DNA of 52,022 nucleotides from NCBI GenBank assembly GCA_027484965.1, contig JAIXRY010000003.1:1-52022 (forward strand), written 5' to 3'. The notes beneath the pieces were generated by a model, which ran no database searches, was not told where the DNA came from, and saw only the letters and a list, made by a program, of their open reading frames with translations. The position numbers and the translations under genes are program-made. Of the stretch, positions 1-9,318 are shown one piece after another. Numbering within the stretch: position 1 is the first letter of the stretch; each line of letters starts with the position of its first letter. The DNA is from a bacterium. Lineage in GTDB: Bacteria > Patescibacteriota > Minisyncoccia > Phycocordibacterales > UBA9973.

Positions 1-54
1 CTCTTTGTATGTATTTCTCTATTATATTTATTTTTCCTAAATCACTTTTATAGC

Positions 55-375
55 TTAGTCTTCCAAACCTTCCAGTGCTTCGTCTACAGATTTTGAAACT
101 GGTCCTGTAGATGGTGCACGCATACCACCCTCTGGTTCATTAATCTTAAGATTTACACGAGCGTTGTGTTTCATTCCAATAACACGAAGAAGTGTACGGA
201 TTGCTTTTGCTGTATTACCTTGGCGTCCAATAATTTTACCCATATCTTCTGGAGCAATAGTAAGAGTTACTAATACCCCCATTTCATCAACAGATCTATC
301 AATCACCACTTTATCTGGATTATCAACGAGTGCTTTTACAATATATTCTAAAAATACTTTATCTTCGTGCTGCAT
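55..375 (-). CDS. khpA: KH-domain RNA-binding protein KhpA (YlqC family)
   Basis: DMGKIIGRQGNTAKAIRT KH motif; lies directly downstream of rpsP. ATG at 375 (MQHEDK) preferred over the track start at 393. Confidence 0.9.
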   Translation of the reverse strand: MQHEDKVFLEYIVKALVDNPDKVVIDRSVDEMGVLVTLTIAPEDMGKIIGRQGNTAKAIRTLLRVIGMKHNARVNLKINEPEGGMRAPSTGPVSKSVDEALEGLED

Positions 376-449
376 ATAAGAGTTGCTAAACAAAAATTAA
401 TTAAGACAGTGTGTTGACGATACTCACTGTACAAATAGATTATATCTCA

Positions 450-497
450 TTTACAAAAAATAAATCCACTCAATTGAGTGGATTTCTTTTTTGTAAA
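450..497. terminator. Intrinsic terminator after rpsP
   Basis: Palindrome AAATCCACTC-AATT-GAGTGGATTT (462-485) flanked by A and T tracts. Confidence 0.75.
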
Positions 498-499
498 AA

Positions 500-802
500 T
501 TATTTTTTAACTTCTTTTCTTTTTACTGTTGGACTTTTCTTTGGAAGAACGTTTTTCTTTGTTCCTTCTATAACACCTTGTTTTACGAGGAAGTTATGAA
601 CTGTATCGCTTGCCTGCGCTCCTTGTGAGATCCAGTATTGTACACGTTCTTTTTTGAAAACTACAGTGTCTGATTTTGGTGTGTAAGAACCAACAATCTC
701 TTTAAATTTACCACTTTGTGTGGCGTTTTTTGAATCAGTCAAAACAACCCTGTATGCAGGATCATTTTTGCGACCAATACGTTGTAAGCGAATCATTAAC
801 AT
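500..802 (-). CDS. rpsP: 30S ribosomal protein S16
   Basis: MLMIRLQRIGRKNDPAYRVVLTD...GSY.P...WISQGAQASDTV; ATG at 802. Confidence 0.97.
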   Translation of the reverse strand: MLMIRLQRIGRKNDPAYRVVLTDSKNATQSGKFKEIVGSYTPKSDTVVFKKERVQYWISQGAQASDTVHNFLVKQGVIEGTKKNVLPKKSPTVKRKEVKK

Positions 803-912
803 AAGTAGAGTGATAATACCAAAACTACCAATAAAAAGCAAGTCTTCAGTATTTTAATAGATTCAGTTTTTAACTCATGAAAAATAATAATGTGTGTTAT
901 AGTGTTATTATT

Positions 913-2826
913 ATGGAACAAAAAATATATGAGGGAGTAGTCTTCATAAATACCAAAGGAAACGGCTATGTAAAGACAAAAGAGTTAGATGATAGTATAG
1001 AAATACCAAATCAACATCTTCTTACAAGTCTCCATGGAGACAAGGTTTGCGCGATTGTTACAGGTAAGAATGAATATGGAAATCCTACAGGAGAGATAAC
1101 CGAAATAATATCTCGCTCAAAAGTTGGATTTTCTGGAACACTCGCAAAAGACGAACTTGGATTTTACCTTATTCCAAGTGACCCAAAAATTCATATACAA
1201 ATGAGAATTCCAAATGACGCCCTTCTTGGAGCAGAGCTTGGCGACAAAGTATTTACAACTATTACTCGATGGACAGACCAACAAAGCCTCCCTGTAGGTG
1301 AAGTGCTTCGTGTACTTGGAAAACCTCTTGAGAATAACGCTGAGATGATGGGTATTGCCCTTGAAAAAGGTTTTGATGAAAATTTTCCTAAAGCTGTTTT
1401 AGAAGAAGCGGAAAAATTAAAAGCAGAAGGTATTAGTGGAGATGAATTAAAAATTAGAAAAGATATTAGAGGTATAACAACATTTACTATAGACCCTGCA
1501 GACGCAAAAGACTTTGACGATGCATTGTCTGTTCAATTCTTACCTAATGGAAATATAGAAATTGGTGTTCATATTGCTGATGTATCTCACTATGTACGTC
1601 CAGACACAGAACTCGACAAAGAAGCTGCTAGGCGCGCTACTTCTGTGTATCTTGTAGACCGTACAATACCAATGCTTCCAGAAGTTCTCTCAAATGAACT
1701 CTGTAGTCTAAATCCAAAAGAAGACAAACTTACTTTCAGTGCGATTTTTGAATTAGATGAAAAAGCAAATGTTTTGAATGAGTGGTTTGGTAGAACAATT
1801 ATGCATTCTGATTATCGTTTTACATATGAAAATGCTCAAGAAGTTTTAAATGAAGAGCAAGGGATATATTTCAAGGAATTAAACATTCTAAATACTCTTG
1901 CAAAAAAATTAGAAAAGAAAAGAATGGAAGCAGGCGCTCTTTCTCTCGATCAAGACGAAGTAAAATTCTTACTCGACCAAAACGGTGTTCCAATAAAAGT
2001 TTATAAAAAAGAACGTGGCGACACGAATCACCTTATCGAAGAATTCATGCTTCTTGCAAACAGAAAGGTTGCTGAATTTATTGCCAAAAAATCAGAAAAT
2101 GAAGCAAATGTTTTCGTATATCGTATTCATGATTTACCTGATCAAGACAAGATGGGAGAACTAAAACTATTCTTGAAAAAACTTGGTTTTGAAACACATC
2201 TAAACAAAGACGGAGTAATTCCCTCTCAAGAACTCAATAAAATACTCGAAAAATTAGAAGGAAAAGAAGAAAAAAATACAGTTCACACCGCAGTTATTCG
2301 TTCGATGGCAAAAGCAATATATTCAACAAAAAATATTGGTCACTATGGACTTGCCTTTGAATATTACACTCACTTCACTTCACCTATTCGCCGTTATCCA
2401 GATACTCTTGTACACAGATTACTTGCAATATATCTCGCCGGAGAAAAAGTTCCAGAAGCTATGTGGCACCACTATGATCATATGTGTGATCACTCTTCAA
2501 AACGTGAAAAGGAAGCTGCTGACGCAGAACGTGCTTCTATTAAATATAAACAAGTAGAGTATATGACAACTCGTGTTGGACAAACATTTAATGGGGTTGT
2601 TACAGGAATATCACGTAATGGAATTTTCGTAGAAGACAAAGAATCTAAGTGTGAAGGAATGATAAGACTTAAAGACTTGGGAACAGATTTTTATAACTAT
2701 GATGAAAAAGAAAATTATATAATAGGTACACGTACAAAAAAGATTTTTAAAATTGGAGACAATTTACCAATCAAAGTTGCAGGAGCTAATCTTGAGAAAA
2801 AAATTATTGATTACATACCAGGATAA
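913..2826 (+). CDS. rnr: Ribonuclease R (RNB family), compact form
   Basis: TFTIDPADAKDFDDALS catalytic motif, HFTSPIRRYPD, C-terminal S1 domain. ATG 913 follows TGtTATAGT. Confidence 0.93.
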   Translation: MEQKIYEGVVFINTKGNGYVKTKELDDSIEIPNQHLLTSLHGDKVCAIVTGKNEYGNPTGEITEIISRSKVGFSGTLAKDELGFYLIPSDPKIHIQMRIPNDALLGAELGDKVFTTITRWTDQQSLPVGEVLRVLGKPLENNAEMMGIALEKGFDENFPKAVLEEAEKLKAEGISGDELKIRKDIRGITTFTIDPADAKDFDDALSVQFLPNGNIEIGVHIADVSHYVRPDTELDKEAARRATSVYLVDRTIPMLPEVLSNELCSLNPKEDKLTFSAIFELDEKANVLNEWFGRTIMHSDYRFTYENAQEVLNEEQGIYFKELNILNTLAKKLEKKRMEAGALSLDQDEVKFLLDQNGVPIKVYKKERGDTNHLIEEFMLLANRKVAEFIAKKSENEANVFVYRIHDLPDQDKMGELKLFLKKLGFETHLNKDGVIPSQELNKILEKLEGKEEKNTVHTAVIRSMAKAIYSTKNIGHYGLAFEYYTHFTSPIRRYPDTLVHRLLAIYLAGEKVPEAMWHHYDHMCDHSSKREKEAADAERASIKYKQVEYMTTRVGQTFNGVVTGISRNGIFVEDKESKCEGMIRLKDLGTDFYNYDEKENYIIGTRTKKIFKIGDNLPIKVAGANLEKKIIDYIPG

Positions 2827-2832
2827 AAAATA

Positions 2833-3903
2833 ATGATGAACGTTAGAACAGAAATTATAGCAATTCTCTGTATCTCGATAGTAGCGGGTGCTTTTTTGGG
2901 TGCGGTTGGTAAACACAAAATAGAAAAAGAAAGAGTTCTTACTGAAGAAAAAAAAGTAGAGAAAAAGATTGGTTCATTCACGTTATCTTTTGTGGGTGAT
3001 ATAGCACCAACAAAAGAATTCCCTGACCTATTCGAGTTCACAAAAGAAGAATTATCAAAACCAGATATAATGATTGGAAATCTAGAAGGAGTAATTACAG
3101 ATAGAGAAAAAAATAAGTGTGGAACAATTATAACAGGAAAATGTTATGCATTTTCTGGTAATGAAGGATTTGTTCAGATATTAAAAAATGCTTCATTTGA
3201 TATGATGAGTTTTGCGAATAATCATTCTTACGACTTTGGCGAAGAAGGATTCATAGATACACTCAAGAATTTGAGTATGTATGACATAGATGCTATTGGT
3301 ACAAAAAATACAATAGTAGAAAAAAAGATTCGCGGAGTAAGTGTTGCTTTTGTTGGATTTTCTACAGGCAAACTCACAAGTGACCTAAATGATGAGAACC
3401 AAGTAAAAAGTCTTGTTGAAAGAGCAAGTATTGGAAACGATTTGGTTGTTGTTATATTCCATGGAGGTGCTGAAGGTATAGGAGCTACACACGTAGAAGG
3501 AGTCAATGAAAAATATTTAGATGAAGAGCGTGGTAATGTTCAAGCTTTTGCAAAACTCGCAATCGACAACGGTGCAGGTCTTGTGCTCGGATCAGGCCCT
3601 CATGTGCTTCGTGGTATGGAATGGTACAAAGGAAAATTGATTGCATATTCAATGGGAAATTTTGCCGGATACAGAACATTTAGCACTGATGGAATTATGG
3701 GTACATCAGGAATACTTACCATTGATATAGAAAATAAAAATGAAATTACAAATGCAAAATTTGTTCCTATTTCAATAAATAAAAATGGTGTACCTACAAT
3801 TGATTGGACAAACACTTCTATATCGCAAATAAATAATCTAAGTAAAGAAGATTTTGGAGATAATGGAATAATGTTTAATGAAAGTGGTAAGGCAATAAAA
3901 TAA
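2833..3903 (+). CDS. CapA/PGA_cap family metallophosphoesterase with N-terminal membrane anchor
   Basis: VGDI, GNLEG, ANNHSYDFG, FHGG, GSGPHVL and YSMGNF motifs. Confidence 0.88.
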   Translation: MMNVRTEIIAILCISIVAGAFLGAVGKHKIEKERVLTEEKKVEKKIGSFTLSFVGDIAPTKEFPDLFEFTKEELSKPDIMIGNLEGVITDREKNKCGTIITGKCYAFSGNEGFVQILKNASFDMMSFANNHSYDFGEEGFIDTLKNLSMYDIDAIGTKNTIVEKKIRGVSVAFVGFSTGKLTSDLNDENQVKSLVERASIGNDLVVVIFHGGAEGIGATHVEGVNEKYLDEERGNVQAFAKLAIDNGAGLVLGSGPHVLRGMEWYKGKLIAYSMGNFAGYRTFSTDGIMGTSGILTIDIENKNEITNAKFVPISINKNGVPTIDWTNTSISQINNLSKEDFGDNGIMFNESGKAIK

Positions 3904-3917
3904 ATTAGGTTGTAAAA

Positions 3918-3960
3918 ATATAAGAACCCGGATTTGCTTCGCAAATCCGGGTTCTTATAT
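3918..3960. terminator. Bidirectional terminator / palindromic repeat, copy 1
   Basis: Perfect 20-bp stem ATATAAGAACCCGGATTTGC-TTC-GCAAATCCGGGTTCTTATAT between convergent genes. Confidence 0.85.
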
Positions 3961-3966
3961 AATATA

Positions 3967-4347
3967 TTACAAACACGACTTTACTTTTTCTATGACAAGA
4001 TCTAATGTTGATTCTGCTTTGACCATATAATATGCTGGATTATCTTTTACAACACTTTCAATAATACTATTATTTGTATTAAAATTAGTTAAAATAATTA
4101 TTGGAACAACTTTACCCCAATCACTATTTTGACGAATTTTTTCCATAACCTCCATACCATTCAAATCTGGCAATCCAATGTCAAGCAAAATAAGATCAGG
4201 TTTTTCGTCTAAAGCCACCTTTAATCCTTCTTCGCCATTTTTTGACTGAAAAACACTAAAGTGTTCATTTTCCAAACGCTTAAAGAGTGCGTTACGAAGA
4301 ACCTCTTCATCTTCTACTAATAATATTTTTTTAGTTATAGTATTCAT
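3967..4347 (-). CDS. Single-domain response regulator (receiver only)
   Basis: ILLVEDE, PDLILLDIGLP.LNG, IIILTN and YMVK motifs. Confidence 0.93.
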   Translation of the reverse strand: MNTITKKILLVEDEEVLRNALFKRLENEHFSVFQSKNGEEGLKVALDEKPDLILLDIGLPDLNGMEVMEKIRQNSDWGKVVPIIILTNFNTNNSIIESVVKDNPAYYMVKAESTLDLVIEKVKSCL

Positions 4348-4380
4348 ATATATTAATTATCTCAAAAATATATTGTTTTG

Positions 4381-5427
4381 TTAAGAAAGAGAAGTAAGAG
4401 TTGTGTGACGAATTGGTACAGTAATAAAGAATATTGTGCCATCTTCTTTATTTGATGAATAATCTATTTTTCCACCAATAGTTTCTATAAAAGATTTAAC
4501 AATAAATAGACCTAAACCTCCAATTTCCGTTTCTAAAGCACCATTTACCTGACGAGAATGAGTGAATTTTTTGAACATATGCGCTTTTTGCATATCTGAT
4601 ATTTCTCCACCTTTATTATGAATGGATACAATATAAAAATCTTTATCTTTTTCAATTTTTACAATTATTGGACTGTTCTTTGTTCCATGAATAATACTGT
4701 TATTTATAAGATTTTTTAGAGATTCTCCTAAAAGAATCTTGTCTGTATATATTTTTGTTTCAAGAAGGTCTGTTGTAAATTGTATTTTTTGTCCATTATT
4801 TTCAGCGCGAACATAAAATGTCTTAATAATTTCTTCAATAAATATCTTAAGGTCAATTTCTTCGTTGAAAACAATAATCTTACCTGTTTCAATACGTGCA
4901 CTAGAAAGTAATTTTGAAACTAAATCTATCAATCTATCATTTTCATTGTAAATAGAATAAAAAAGATTTTGATTATTTTCTGATATCTGCCCTTCTGAGA
5001 TAGCAAGATCGAGCGCCCATTTAATACTAGTCAACGGAGTACGAAGCTGATGCGAAGCGGTAGCCAAAAACTCATCCTTTGCCATAGAAAGCTCATTCAT
5101 TTTATTATTATAAGCAATAGCTTCACGATCAAGACCATACTCAATAAACATTAATACAAAAAAAACTACAAACCAAACTCCAAATATAGGTAGCACAGTA
5201 GACGCAACAGAATCAATGTCACGTATCATAAAAATAGTCGCTACAAAACCTAAACAAAACATAGTAATAATATTACTCGTTGTTAAAATCATTACTATTT
5301 TACCAAAAACATTTTTACCAATTTTTCGATAAAAGTATATAGATTGTCTTATTAAAAAAATACTACCCAATAATAAAATAGGCCATCCAACAAAAAGTAT
5401 AATATTGCGTATTATTACCAAAGTCAT
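4381..5427 (-). CDS. Membrane sensor histidine kinase
   Basis: Three N-terminal TM segments, ASHQLRTPLT H-box, NLINNS N-box, GGLGLFI G2-box. Confidence 0.92.
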   Translation of the reverse strand: MTLVIIRNIILFVGWPILLLGSIFLIRQSIYFYRKIGKNVFGKIVMILTTSNIITMFCLGFVATIFMIRDIDSVASTVLPIFGVWFVVFFVLMFIEYGLDREAIAYNNKMNELSMAKDEFLATASHQLRTPLTSIKWALDLAISEGQISENNQNLFYSIYNENDRLIDLVSKLLSSARIETGKIIVFNEEIDLKIFIEEIIKTFYVRAENNGQKIQFTTDLLETKIYTDKILLGESLKNLINNSIIHGTKNSPIIVKIEKDKDFYIVSIHNKGGEISDMQKAHMFKKFTHSRQVNGALETEIGGLGLFIVKSFIETIGGKIDYSSNKEDGTIFFITVPIRHTTLTSLS

Positions 5428-5474
5428 ACTTATATAATATCATAAAATTTAAATGATTCTGGTGTAAAAAATAA

Positions 5475-5504
5475 AAGAACCCGGATTTGCTTTGCAAATC
5501 CGGG
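5475..5504. repeat. Palindromic repeat, copy 2 (direct repeat of 3922-3951)
   Basis: AAGAACCCGGATTTGCTTTGCAAATCCGGG is 29/30 identical to 3922-3951. Confidence 0.85.
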
Positions 5505-5535
5505 ATTCGACATTTCTGTCTAACACTTTTTACCT

Positions 5536-6202
5536 CTACGAGGATTGGGTATTATTTTTAGGTGACTGTTCAACAGGTTTTTCCTCAACCTTAGGAGGCA
5601 TTTCTGTCTTCAAGGTGATCTCGGTTGGAATACCAGTAACATCAACTTTCACTTCATGCTTAAAAGTTGTAGGAAAACTATGATCAATATGTCCCTGATG
5701 GTTCATATTCCAATCACGTCCACCTCCACAATTTCCTCCTCGGCAACTATTGCAGTTTCCATTACATCTATAATAATTTCTTCCAGCAATAAGATATCCT
5801 AAAATTCCAAACAAAATTAATCCCAATACAATCACACACCATATAATTCCATTGTCCGATAAAAAAGATGATTGTTGAGGTGTTTGTTGAACAACCACAA
5901 CCGTATCTTTTTTTGCTGGCTCCGTTGGCTGAGTAATAACTCTAGGTCTCGAAGGCATGTAGATTATCCTCGGGCGAGGTTCAGGTCTTTGTAACTCTGG
6001 CCAATTATTAATTATAGTAACTGACGGTTGTTGATCAGGTTGAACTCTAACTGTCGGTTGTTGAATTGGTTGTGGTTCAGGTCCTACAAAAAGGAACTCC
6101 GCGACCAGTATTGTTGATTTGAGCAAAAGTAGAAGTAGAAAATGCTGCTGCGAGGGTTAGTACTCCAAGTACTAACAATCTCATTCTGTTTTTATTGTTC
6201 AT
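5536..6202 (-). pseudogene. Frameshifted gene for a signal-peptide, Pro/Gln-rich, single-TM protein with a Cys/Gly-rich segment (pseudogene, slippage or assembly error)
   Basis: ATG 6202 opens MNNKNRMRLLVLGVLTLAAAFSTSTFA-Q, which stops at TGA 6077-6079. Removing one T from the T5 run (6088-6092) joins it to ORF 5536..6126, giving 221 aa. Confidence 0.7.
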
Positions 6203-6211
6203 TCTGGGTTT

Positions 6212-6241
6212 ATTATAGCACATTATATATCATTTTGTCAA
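6212..6241 (-). promoter_or_regulatory. Sigma70-type promoter
   Basis: TTGACA-18 nt-TATAAT with TG extension, 9 nt before ATG 6202. Confidence 0.7.
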
Positions 6242-6266
6242 GCACACTTTTACCCTTATTTTCCAA

Positions 6267-6297
6267 TATAAAAACCGTTATTTAAACGGTTTTTATA
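6267..6297. terminator. Terminator after smc
   Basis: TATAAAAACCGTT-ATTTA-AACGGTTTTTATA inverted repeat. Confidence 0.7.
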
Positions 6298-6299
6298 CT

Positions 6300-8531
6300 T
6301 TATTTCGCGTATTGTTCTGCTTCGTCGAATTGTACTGACAGAAGCTTTGATGAGCCGTCTGACCCTACGGTAACCCCGTAGAGGACCTTTGCTCGAGACA
6401 TAGTCTCGCGATTGTGTGTTACAACAATAAGCTCTGAATACTTTGATAGTCTTTCTATCATATCTCCGTACCTTCGAGAGTTCGCTTCATCCAGTGCTGC
6501 ATCTGTCTCATCGAGTACCAGGAATGGTGGTGGATTAACTTGAGATATAGCAAAGAGTAGAGCAATAGATGTAAGAGATCTTTCACCTCCTGAAAGCATT
6601 TGCAAATCTTTTACTTTCTTATGAGGAAGACTTACATGGATTTCAATTCCCTGCTCAATAATAGGATCTGCTTTATCTACATCAGAAATAACTTCTTCAT
6701 CTTCAGAATTTTCTTTTTTGTCTAAAGTTAGAATAGAGAGAAAAGCATTTCCTCCTCCGAACATAGTTGAGAAGAATTCTTGGAATTGAGTATTGATTTT
6801 CTCTACTCCTTGTTTGAATTCGGTCATCAGTGTTGAGCGAAGTTCGGCAATGAGTGTTGTGGTATTCAATATTGCTCCATCTATGTCAGACAATTCTTGC
6901 ATGAGGAATTGATCGCGCTCAAGTGCATTTTGATATTCTATTGTAATCTCATTTCCACCTATAGATCCACTGTCTTCCAATTTTATTTTTAATCTAAATA
7001 TTTTTTGTTTTAGAGTGCTAAGCGCTTCTTCTGTAGATATCAATTCTGCATCTTCTTTTGGAAGAACAGCTGACGGACCAATCAGCACAGAGAGTTCTTT
7101 TATTTCTTGATTAAGCCTTTCTTCGCGGCTTTTTATATCTTCGTGTTTGTGAGTACTGAATCTCAACTCACTTTCAATATCACTCTTTTGTCTTACAAGT
7201 GAGAGATAATTCTTTTCACTTTCAGCAAAATTTGATTCATGTTCTGACTTTTCTTGTTTTATAGAAGCGATAGCACTTTGGATATTTTGTTCACGAGAAA
7301 TTATTTGATTGCGTTCTTGATTGAGCTTAGTAATAGTATCTCTGTGTTCTTGTATAAGTGCACTATTATCAATCACCACATCTTCTTCGATAGTTACAAG
7401 ATTTTGTAGCTTTGATTTTATATGTGAAAGAGCATTTTTCAGTACAGTACTATCGCCTGAGGAAAGCGCTTCGTCTATAGTACTTATTGTATCTTTTGCG
7501 AAAGATACAACTGTATTTCGAGAAATAGGCTTATTATCACCTACATGTTTTCCTTGGTTTTCGAGAACCTGAATCATCCCTTCGAGGCGCCCGATACTGT
7601 GCTCTATATCACTCTTTGCGTGACGGAAACTTGCAAGAGACTTTTCATGTTCTTCGATACGAGGGTCCTGTGCACTAGAGAATCTTTCTTTCATTACTTT
7701 CTCTAGAGAAGATATTTGTTTGTCGATATTTTCTAGAGTTTCTTTTTGTTCCTTTTCAAAATTATGTAATTCGTCTTTTTTGTTTTTTATAAAAGATATT
7801 TCACTCTTCTGATAACTTCCAAAAAGACTTTCCAAATCAGCACGAACAATACTTGCTTGTTCTATTTTCTCAACTTGTTTCTTCAAGAATGCAAGATGAG
7901 GTGCGAGTTCGCGACGCTGAATAGACACTTCTTTCATATTCAAACGTGTCTTCTCAAGCTTCTTTTCTGCTTCACGAATCTTTGTTTGGTAGACCTTTAA
8001 ACCAAGTGCGTCTTCAATCATTACCTTTCTCTCCTTTCCATTTGAAGTAAGAATTCTGTCAGCCGCACCTTGAGAAATAATATGGTGTCCAGATGAGCCA
8101 ATATGTACAGACGCGAGTAAATCAAGCACATCTTTCAATCTAACTTCTGTACCGTTTATAGAATATGTATTTCCTCCATCACGAAACACTTCACGAGTAA
8201 TAACGATTTCATCGAAATCTAAAGAAACTTTTTCTAAATCACTTCCAGAAAAAGAAAATTGCTTTTTACTATTATCAAAAGTAATTGAAACACTCGCGCG
8301 AGAAAGCGCAGGAAGAGATTTTGAACCTTTAAAGATTAGGTCAGCACCAGACTTTGAGCGAAGAGACTTGATAGATTGCTCTCCAAGTACAAAACGAAAA
8401 GCTTCTACAACATTAGACTTTCCAGAACCATTTGGCCCCACAACTCCTATAACAGGCGAATTAAAATAGAGCGTTGATTTCTTCGCAAAAGATTTGAACC
8501 CTGTCATTTCTATCTTTTTGAGCTGATGCAT
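6300..8531 (-). CDS. smc: SMC-family chromosome segregation ATPase, short form (743 aa)
   Basis: GFKSF, Walker A GPNGSGKSN, LSGGE signature, LVLDETDAALDE, VVTH, coiled coils; lies downstream of rnc. Confidence 0.88.
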   Translation of the reverse strand: MHQLKKIEMTGFKSFAKKSTLYFNSPVIGVVGPNGSGKSNVVEAFRFVLGEQSIKSLRSKSGADLIFKGSKSLPALSRASVSITFDNSKKQFSFSGSDLEKVSLDFDEIVITREVFRDGGNTYSINGTEVRLKDVLDLLASVHIGSSGHHIISQGAADRILTSNGKERKVMIEDALGLKVYQTKIREAEKKLEKTRLNMKEVSIQRRELAPHLAFLKKQVEKIEQASIVRADLESLFGSYQKSEISFIKNKKDELHNFEKEQKETLENIDKQISSLEKVMKERFSSAQDPRIEEHEKSLASFRHAKSDIEHSIGRLEGMIQVLENQGKHVGDNKPISRNTVVSFAKDTISTIDEALSSGDSTVLKNALSHIKSKLQNLVTIEEDVVIDNSALIQEHRDTITKLNQERNQIISREQNIQSAIASIKQEKSEHESNFAESEKNYLSLVRQKSDIESELRFSTHKHEDIKSREERLNQEIKELSVLIGPSAVLPKEDAELISTEEALSTLKQKIFRLKIKLEDSGSIGGNEITIEYQNALERDQFLMQELSDIDGAILNTTTLIAELRSTLMTEFKQGVEKINTQFQEFFSTMFGGGNAFLSILTLDKKENSEDEEVISDVDKADPIIEQGIEIHVSLPHKKVKDLQMLSGGERSLTSIALLFAISQVNPPPFLVLDETDAALDEANSRRYGDMIERLSKYSELIVVTHNRETMSRAKVLYGVTVGSDGSSKLLSVQFDEAEQYAK

Positions 8532-8559
8532 TTGTCTATATATTTTAACTTTTTTTATT

Positions 8560-8607
8560 AAATTTACAAAATAAAAACCCTTTGAAGGGTTTTTATTTTG
8601 TAAATTT
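8560..8607. terminator. Long palindromic terminator between rnc and smc
   Basis: 23-bp perfect inverted repeat AAATTTACAAAATAAAAACCCTT / AAGGGTTTTTATTTTGTAAATTT. Confidence 0.75.
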
Positions 8608-9302
8608 TAATCCAACCACTTATGTATCACGAGAGCTTCGCGGGCGGCTGATTGTTCGGCTTCTTGTTTTGATTTGCCGCGTCCTACGGATATTTGATTT
8701 TCGCCAAAGAATATACCAACAGTAAATTGTTTATCATGATCAGGACCACTTTCAGAAACAACTTTGTATGCAGGAGTCACACTAAGATATGATTGCGCAC
8801 GTTCTTGCACAAGACTCTTTGCATCGCGCCAAAGTTTCTTTTCGATAATTTCTGCGAGGCGTGGTATGAGAGTGAGTTCTACGAATTTCTTACAAGAATC
8901 ATAACCTTGATCAATATAGAGTGCTCCAAGATATGCTTCATACGTATTCGCAAGTATATATGTACGAGCCTTTCCTGTATCTTTTGCTTCACCTTTTGAG
9001 AGAAGGAGAAAGTCGTTCATATTCCATTCACTTGCAACTTCTGAGATAATTGTCGCATTCACAATAGCAGAACGATACGCAGTGAGTTCCCCTTCGTCTT
9101 CATTTGGAAAACTATTATATAAATGTGAAGTTGTAATCAACTCCAAAACAGCGTCTCCCAAGAATTCGAGACGTTCGTTGTGACCAAGATTACTTCCTGT
9201 TTGTTCGTTGATATATGAACGGTGAGTAAATGCTTGTTCTAGTATTTTTTTATTTGAAAAAACAAATCCTGTTTTTTCTTCGAATTTTGAGAAATCTACC
9301 AT
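8607..9302 (-). CDS. rnc: Ribonuclease III
   Basis: HNERLEFLGDAVL signature and C-terminal dsRBD (GPDHDKQF...GKSKQEAEQSAA). Confidence 0.97.
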   Translation of the reverse strand: MVDFSKFEEKTGFVFSNKKILEQAFTHRSYINEQTGSNLGHNERLEFLGDAVLELITTSHLYNSFPNEDEGELTAYRSAIVNATIISEVASEWNMNDFLLLSKGEAKDTGKARTYILANTYEAYLGALYIDQGYDSCKKFVELTLIPRLAEIIEKKLWRDAKSLVQERAQSYLSVTPAYKVVSESGPDHDKQFTVGIFFGENQISVGRGKSKQEAEQSAAREALVIHKWLD

Positions 9303-9318
9303 AAATAATTAAAAAATA

